From the NCBI GenBank assembly GCA_030295235.1, contig AP026148.1, forward strand, positions 124,001-188,000: a stretch of 64,000 bases of DNA, written 5' to 3'. The position numbers were made by a program, and so were the translations under genes. Origin of the DNA: Fistulifera solaris (Eukaryota). Of this stretch, positions 56,789-64,000 are shown piece by piece (positions within the stretch are counted from its first letter, which is position 1; the number at the start of each line of letters is the position of its first letter). Below the pieces are notes generated by a model that was not told where the DNA came from, did not search any database, and saw only the letters and a list, made by a program, of their open reading frames with translations.

Positions 56789-58405
56789 TCAAAGCTCGTC
56801 ATTTTTGTTACCGCTGCTTCTCTCTTCCAACAGTTTCTCTACCATGGTACTCAACTGATCCACCTTGGCATGTAGTGTTTCATCCGTAACGCTCATAAGC
56901 TTGTCCTTATTGCGGGGATCCGTCATGCGCCACCATTCAATCAAATCTTCACCCGACTTGGCTTGGAATAGTGTCGGACTTCGTGATGCGGTCAGCCGTT
57001 GGTCTTTACATTCAATGCCTTGCACCACACCCAGTTGACCATCCGGTGTCACACTCGTGCCCTTGTACACAAGTCGACAGCCCTCGTCCACATCCATGAT
57101 GGGTTCTGGTGTACCTTTGGGATTTGGTTTCTTGTACCAATCGTCGGCATCTTCGACGGGACGGTAATGCGTAAATAGATTGACATAGTACGAATTGGGT
57201 CCGGTCATGGGACGATTGCGGCCGTGCAGAGCTTTCGCGGACTCGTAATAGACGATATCACCCGGTTCCATTAAGATTTCATGCATGCGATCCATGTGAT
57301 CTTGTACCTCCACCGGCCACGGTTCGGTTAAGTTTCCCTGTGCGATATTCACAATGAGACTCACAGCGTGTGTGTTGCGTCGATCGACATGGGTCAACAG
57401 TCGTGCCCCCTCGGTGTACTTGCGCAATCCGTACATGACCGTTTGTTCTACTTTGACACCCGCCCAGGCTTCGACTAGTTCCAACAAACGTATTTGCAAC
57501 ATTTGTTTCATCTGCCACGGCACTTGAATGAAATACACTCCCGTTTCCCACCAATTGACAAAGACACCACGTCCTTTCCATTCCTCACGGGAAGCATGGT
57601 GTCGATTGTTGTAATAAAAGGCTCCCATGTAGGCGAACACGTCACGGGGCAGTTGTCCTTTCTTGAAACCTAGAGGACTGAAGGTACGTGAGACTTCGTT
57701 GTGACGTTTCCACTCTTCGCGGAGCGTGTATTCAATTTCCTCGTCAAAATTATGGGCACTAACATCGTCACTGGGTGGACTCTCCCCAAATCCCAGAACC
57801 GTCGCATATTCAATGATGACATTGGCGACTTCGACTCCTTCTACCGTTTCCGCTACAAACTCGTGTCCCAAATACGTATGAAAGCACCGCGTTTTGGGTT
57901 CACCGTATTCAATTTGCATATGAAGTTGCTTCTCACCTTGAGCATTAATCCAGTACAATTGCAGTGGATTTGTACGATCGTAATAATTCATGAAACACGA
58001 TTCCACTTGGGCACAATTCTTTTGAAACCACGGTCGAAAATCGGCTCCGTCTCCCTTATAATGCATACTCGGCATGACGTGATGCGCCAACGAACGATCG
58101 GTGCCTCTTCCGATACAAACGGCTTGACAAGTTTCCGAGGAGTCGTCGTCATCCGTAAAAAGCTGCTGTGCAGCTTCACCTTGTGCAAGAAGTGTTTGAT
58201 AGCGAGGACTAGTGAAGGAAGCCAATGGGCAACCCTCTTGATAGAGCAAATAGTGCGATGTCAATTTTTGATTTTCATCGTACGAAAGATCGTGTGCCAC
58301 CGATTCGATCACAGCGGGTGACGCACTCAAGGTTCTCCATGCGGCGAACGAAATGAAAAGAAGGCAACGAAGGAACATTGCGGTTCTGGAACGATTGCGA
58401 TTCAT
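56789..58405 (-). CDS. ER-resident 2OG-Fe(II) oxygenase-like protein with a VHL-beta-like domain
   Basis: Signal peptide; LQLYWINAQG...HTYLGHEF (VHL-like); YGLRKY..GARLLTHVD...SLIVNI...PGDIVYYES...HGR...YVNLFTHYRP (HxD...H); C-terminal NDEL. Confidence 0.8.
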   Translation of the reverse strand: MNRNRSRTAMFLRCLLFISFAAWRTLSASPAVIESVAHDLSYDENQKLTSHYLLYQEGCPLASFTSPRYQTLLAQGEAAQQLFTDDDDSSETCQAVCIGRGTDRSLAHHVMPSMHYKGDGADFRPWFQKNCAQVESCFMNYYDRTNPLQLYWINAQGEKQLHMQIEYGEPKTRCFHTYLGHEFVAETVEGVEVANVIIEYATVLGFGESPPSDDVSAHNFDEEIEYTLREEWKRHNEVSRTFSPLGFKKGQLPRDVFAYMGAFYYNNRHHASREEWKGRGVFVNWWETGVYFIQVPWQMKQMLQIRLLELVEAWAGVKVEQTVMYGLRKYTEGARLLTHVDRRNTHAVSLIVNIAQGNLTEPWPVEVQDHMDRMHEILMEPGDIVYYESAKALHGRNRPMTGPNSYYVNLFTHYRPVEDADDWYKKPNPKGTPEPIMDVDEGCRLVYKGTSVTPDGQLGVVQGIECKDQRLTASRSPTLFQAKSGEDLIEWWRMTDPRNKDKLMSVTDETLHAKVDQLSTMVEKLLEERSSGNKNDEL

Positions 58406-59284
58406 GGATTGTGATTGTTATGAATGATCTATGACTATTAATGTCAAAGAACGGAAGAAAAGGAAAAAAAAGGTGACCGTCGAATGATGTGAGAGTGACC
58501 GCCCCGATGCGAACTCCTCGTACCAGTACTAAGGTTAGAGTACAGGAAAATGCCATCGCTTTTAATAAGGCTTACCAGGTACTGTACTACGTACTTGTAC
58601 AGCATTAGGGGAATATCCTCACGACCCAACGAAACTTCAGTCCCGAACACGTTGAGAGTCAATTTCAATGCATTCAAACACCGTCAGAAAAATTGTTGAA
58701 CCAAGGATTCCGAAAATTACTTCAGTTACTTATGCTCGCATCGGTGTTGTCGATCTCGACGATGATACTGTAGGGATGAAAAGCGTTGATTACGAAATGA
58801 CTTGATTGTTTTACTATGGAGTAAATAGAAGGAGACCTATTCGATTGATGACTCAACCCATTTTCAGTCCCGTCAATAGACGACCACACAAGTTAGTAAT
58901 ACACTAATAACTGCTACTCATTTCCTTCTGGTCTTTTCTACTTGAGCTTTTGCAGTTCAGAAAATATTTTTTATTTATATTATTTGCGTTATCGATGACT
59001 TTGATGATCCTAAAATAATACGTAAGGTCCATCTCTCAATGATGGATTGTTGTTCCTGGGTTGCAATGAGTGTGTTTCGCGGAATTTCTTGTGTCGCACA
59101 TGTTGTTTTATAGAATAAGAGGCGGCACTGAGTCAGTACCGAACCTCGCTAAAAAAATCCTACCCGCCTTCAACGACGATGATTACCGAAAGGGGGAAAA
59201 GGAAAAGAAAAAAAAAGGATCTTTTACACATATTCATTCTTCATTCGATTCGTTGACGGCTTAGTCCTTCTTTCGTTTCTCACC

Positions 59285-61202
59285 ATGATGCGCGTGAACG
59301 ACACTACGTCGAGTGACGCAGCATCCAGCCAAAAAGCGCGCCGTCGTGAATGGAATCGGCATCTTTCACTCGTGGCCCCGCAATTTCCCCAATCCCCGTG
59401 ATGCTTTGTTTGATTTAATCGACAATGCGGTCGATGCCGCTCATGACCATGGTAGGATTGATATAGCCGCCGACGAGCGTGGGTCTGGCGTTGTTTTGTT
59501 GAATTCCTGTGCCGCGCCCGTCAAACCTTTGTGGAAAGTGCTCGAATTGTATACGAGCGAAAAACAATCGACGGGGGCCGTCGGAGAAAATGGAATTGGT
59601 CTCAAACAGGGAGTGGTGACTTTGGCGAATGTAGCTTTTTTAATTTCCAAGAATCATCATTCCAAATACAGTCTCGGAATTGTGGCGCATTGTTTGCAAA
59701 GTGAGAGTGCTTGTTGGTTGCCCTCGTTTGAGTTCAAGTCCCAACTAGGAACGAATTTGGAGCAAGAACTCTTAACGACACTTGGCAGTCATCCGAAATT
59801 ACGAGAGTGTGTGACTTTGTATGGAGATTCCTTTCTCGATGGAGTGCGTCGTTTGTCGAAAGTCATGTTGCACATGGACAACGCGAAGCTCGGTTGGACG
59901 CAATATCCGCACGTCTTTTGTCTTTTATTGCACGGTCTCAAGCACGGCGAAACACTCGTTCCGCACGAACGTGTCCGCGAATTGCTCGAAAAGACCAAAG
60001 CGGACTTGCCCAAACATTATTTGCATATTCCGAAAAGCATTCTTGTCACAGTGGGTACATCCATCGTCCACTTCAACTATTGGCAAACACGCCTCGTCGA
60101 GATGACGACCTTTGACGTAGATGTCAACAAGAGTGTGCTCATGGAAGAAGATGCGTTTTGGCAACATCCGAAAAAGGCGTACGATCCATCTCAATACTAT
60201 CCCATCCGTATCTACGTGGGCTTTGATGCACTCCGTGCCGCCGACGAGACACAGCCCAGCACGGGCAGTCTTTACATATACAGTCGAACGTGTGGTCGAC
60301 TCATTCGACATTCACCCGATGCTCGTGGTGAAATCAATGTTTCCAATGGTGGGACCGACTATTGTCAAGGACTGACGATTATATTGGATGATCGTTGTGG
60401 TCAGTTGCCCTTGAATCCGACCAAGCATGATGTAGCCTTTTCCGAGCACGCCGATGGCGTCATCCACCGAGCCAATTTGTATTGTTACATCAATATTGTG
60501 ACACGATTCTATTACAATTACTTCAAAGAGTCATACTTTTTCAAAAAGAAGGCAGATATCTCAGAGGCTTTGAAGGAAATGGTTCCACAAGTGAGACGAG
60601 CGATTGCCTTGGCTTATCAAGATTACAAGCCCATCTCTCAGTGTCATTTCAACACATTTTCTAATTTCATGCGAAAGGTGGGCGCTGTGAAAAACAGCAA
60701 AATCACCCGAATGGTCCCATTTAAAGATGTCGCTCTGAACAAAGGCAACGACACTCTTGTTCGTTTCACAAAACGGGATCCCCCGGGTGTTTCTGTCATC
60801 TCAGATGCTTCTGTCGTGTCGCCTGAGCCTGTGACTAGTACAACTAGAGTCGACACTCAATCCAAGAGGATTTCGCGGGACACGAATGATAAGGAGGCTT
60901 CGTTGGCGGCACCGTCGCTTGTGGAAAGGTCCCAGTATACTTCGCCCATGTCCGATGGTTCCTTCACTGTGAAAAAGCGCCCGCGACTACTTCCATCAGA
61001 AGAAAGGATCAGTGAAGAAGCTATGATGAAACGAGTCGCTTTACTGGAACATGAGGTGGCACAATTAAAAAGGCACATAGTGACACAGAAAAAGTTGGAG
61101 AATGAGATTGTTCAATTGAAAGACGCGTTGGCCCGCCAGAACGAGATTGTAGCCCGATTGAACGCCCGATTCAAAGATTACAGTCAGATTTATACATGCT
61201 GA
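59285..61202 (+). CDS. MORC-like GHKL ATPase with a C-terminal coiled coil
   Basis: ALFDLIDNAVDA, VGENGIGLKQG, LPSF, IYS..GRLI, LPLNPTKHD, and a terminal coiled coil. ATG 59285 joins the 59313 frame if one A of 59331-35 is removed. Confidence 0.8.
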
Positions 61203-61326
61203 AGCTGTTCGTGACTTTTGGCGTTAGTTGACCATTGTGCTTTCTTCCTACATTACCCAGCTCACTTTGATTATTGAACATTTATACTCCGTTTTATTTA
61301 GCGTCTTTCATAGTTACCTTGAGTCG

Positions 61327-63235
61327 TTATTTGCTTGCCGCTGAATTATCTGCGTCAATGACCGGGAAGATTCGCGTTGGATGAGCTTCCGTGTTGAACA
61401 CGTGCTTGTTCAAAAGATCAATTTCCGTGTCGGGGTCTTGCAATAGGTATAGATATTTCAACAACTCGGCAAAGAAGAACGATTCTGTCTTGTCTCTGGG
61501 AATGCCGTTGACATCCGCCACATTGCTCAGTTCACCGTACCCTATATCGGTCTTGCAATATCGTTCCACGGCTTGGTAGATTTCCCAACCCCACTCTCGG
61601 TACACGGGGTCTCCCGTTAAATGATTCAAAATAAACATGGACTCCACGGCTTCTGGCCGGAGCAAATAGTGCGGTGCGCCACTTCCAATTTGGAAGTCAC
61701 TGCCCGGATTGGCTTGTATGAATTCTGGTGATATTCCCGTATTCATACGAGCATACATTTGGTAGCACGTGTACGTCAACGCCTTCCCGGTCCGTAAATC
61801 GCGCTGCGCGCGTTCACTCTCTAGCCCGAGAGGATCTGTATACGCACCCAAAGCCAGTAACCCACCCAAAAAGCAGGCTAAATGATCCATCTTGTAATCC
61901 ATATGATTGTTGTTTTTATCGGCGACGTAGGTCAATCCGGACGGTGTTGTTTTCTGTTCCAGTTCATTGTGCATACCTTCCATAGCTTTGTCGTACATTT
62001 CGCGGTACATGGGTTCCGTTTTCCCACCTTGCAACCACATTTTGAGCATATATTCGTAGACGGAATCTCCCATGGCCCCGAACGTGAGTTTGTCATTGGC
62101 AAAGTGGGGCAACGGGCGTCCGTTGTGGCGAGATTTGACCGGCGTTTTTCCTGGATCACTGAAAAGTAGGGATACAGTCCATTGGGTGTCGACATTTCGT
62201 GCAAGACTTCAAAGACATACTCGGTCTTGTCGGCAAATTCGCGTTCTCCGGACATTTTGGACAAGTATCGATTTTCAATTTGAATCGATCCAAATTCCGC
62301 TAAAATGGTATTGCCACCCGACCATCCCACGTGTCCTCGTTGACCATTTTTGAGATTGACTTTTCCCGTCGGTAGACCCGTTTGACTTTGATCAAAGGCT
62401 TTGATAAGTCGTTTGCCCAAATCAAGGGCATGCTCCAAAAGGTAGCATCCCCACTCCAATCGTAGGCCGACAACAATCCTCCCAAATCCCGAATCGTAGT
62501 TTCAAACGTCGAAACACTACCGACATTGTCGTGTGACAAATGATCTCGCACCCAATCCCGTCCTTTCCAAAATTCGTCTTTCATATCCATCAACCACAAG
62601 GTATCGAGTGCATCAATTAATGTAATCCCTTGTCCACCCCAATTGTTGGCCGGTTTTTTCGATTGGGGCATGATTTCATCGGCACCAAACGCGTATTGCG
62701 TATATCCATTCCACGCGTGTTGCATCGTCTGGCGAATGTGAACCCGCCGCGATCGGGCGACGGCATCGGAAGCGGCCTTGATTTCGTCCGTTATGAGATA
62801 GGGTGTCCCGCCCGTAGTATATTCGGTATAACGATGACCGCCGGGCGGCACAAATTGCGTGTGAGCATCGTAATCTTCGGCAACGGGAATCAACGGATAC
62901 GGATACAATTGCGTGGGTGGTGTATCGTAGGGATTTGTATTAATCGAAAGAGGTTCCGGTGGAGGTCCATTGACGGCATTCAAATCGACACCCGGAATGG
63001 CTTCCGTCAATAACACTTGTTTAATGACATTGTTGGAAGAGGGCAAATGTCGTTCCCGGAAGACACTGTGTGTTGTAGGAGTTGGAGGAACTGTGAACAG
63101 AAGTAACAACAATCCGATCGACAAGACGACGGCAATGCTGAGCAACAATAGTAAACTCTTGCGCAACAAACTCGCATTGCTCGAGTTGCCGGTTCCGCGC
63201 CTCCGACGCAACGAAGGTGTTCCGGATCGTCTCAT
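61327..63235 (-). CDS. Class I alpha-1,2-mannosidase (GH47), type II membrane
   Basis: HAWNGY..YAFGADE, LIDALDTLWLM, FETTIRDLGGLLSAY, LAEFGSIQIE, GDSVYEYMLK, MDHLACFLGG, YLLRPE, ESFFFAE.LKYLYL, VFNTEAHP. Single missing bases at 62437-40 and 62162-65. Confidence 0.95.
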
Positions 63236-64000
63236 TTTTAGTATAACAGAAAGAACTGTCAAAAGGAATGGTTGTGAATGACAACTCATGCAACTGTTTT
63301 ACTGTCATTTCATCAGCGAGACGTTTGGTTTCGTTGTTCGCGTGCTACCAGCTACCAGTATTATTTCGCTGCTTCGATGACTGCGATGGATCACGCTATT
63401 TCGTGAATCATCAAGTAGACGAGCCGTTATTGTGCAAATAATAGTACTACTAATAATTTTACTTAGAAGAAATCATCGCATTCCCAATTTTTTTTAATGC
63501 AAAACCTGTATAAGTGTCGTTCGGTGATCAAGTTACATCCAAACTAATAATGAACTTATATATTATTCCTAATTTCCTAACGTCAGAATGTAATCTTGAC
63601 ATTCGACTGCATTTTCCATTTTTCATCTCATTTTTTCACATACGGAGTCTTTCTACAACGGTCATGAGATTGTGCACCTTCGAGCAGATGCGACTGTGCA
63701 ATGAAATGTACCTTGGAATGCGAATCTGGTGCCCACGAAAACGATCTTGCCACACACGACAACCAACACTTTGGAACCTTTTTGTTGTTGACATCCAAGG
63801 AACACTATGGTACCAGTACCAGGTATATACCTTTTATCTCTTTTTGTTCTTTCACAACCCACAATCCCTCGTCATGTTGTTTACCTTACGTCAATCCACT
63901 CTGGTAAGTCCGGTATATATGAGAAAAATACTCGTTGTTGCTTCTTTTGTCTGCAACCACACTGTCTCATCGTTTGATTTCGCAGCGCTACGCCCCGGCA

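Noticed and set aside
4960..62440. Programmed ribosomal frameshifting or RNA editing system
   Set aside because: Indels go in both directions, hit all four bases, share no slippery motif and cluster regionally, which is the pattern of sequencing error.
17720..63235. Secretory/glycosylation gene cluster (VSR, sulfotransferase, MPI, rhomboid, TRAPPC1, ER oxygenase, GH47)
   Set aside because: The genes are scattered over 45 kb among unrelated housekeeping genes, with no evidence of co-regulation.

Overview
Gene-dense eukaryotic nuclear DNA, most consistent with a diatom. This is inferred from short GT-AG introns of about 65-140 bp, bipartite signal+transit plastid presequences, a bacterial-type monomeric IDH, and HA-repeat and HMG proteins. 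About 28 protein-coding loci are present, including TTC1, Ataxin-2, VTE5, LPA3, VSR, NDUFB4, IDH, ELP3, MPI, rhomboid, NRT2, TRAPPC1, MIC10, ABCF2, a MORC-like ATPase, a GH47 mannosidase and a tandem pair of TRF-like Myb genes. At least 19 apparent single-base frameshifts all fall in homopolymer runs, which points to long-read consensus errors. The non-coding part holds four notable structures: (i) at least 10 intergenic copies of a ~60-bp tripartite motif with fixed spacing, often paired about 190-220 bp apart; (ii) a 1.1-kb Stowaway/mariner-like TIR element with TA target sites; (iii) two related 33-34-bp-period arrays with a palindromic core; (iv) a truncated transposon-like ORF. Unusual protein architectures are PP2A-B56 fused to a PDK1-like kinase, DUF2470-like fused to LPA3, VHL-like fused to a 2OG-Fe(II) oxygenase with NDEL, and a plastid-targeted HA-repeat protein. 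All calls come from manual reading, with no database searches run.
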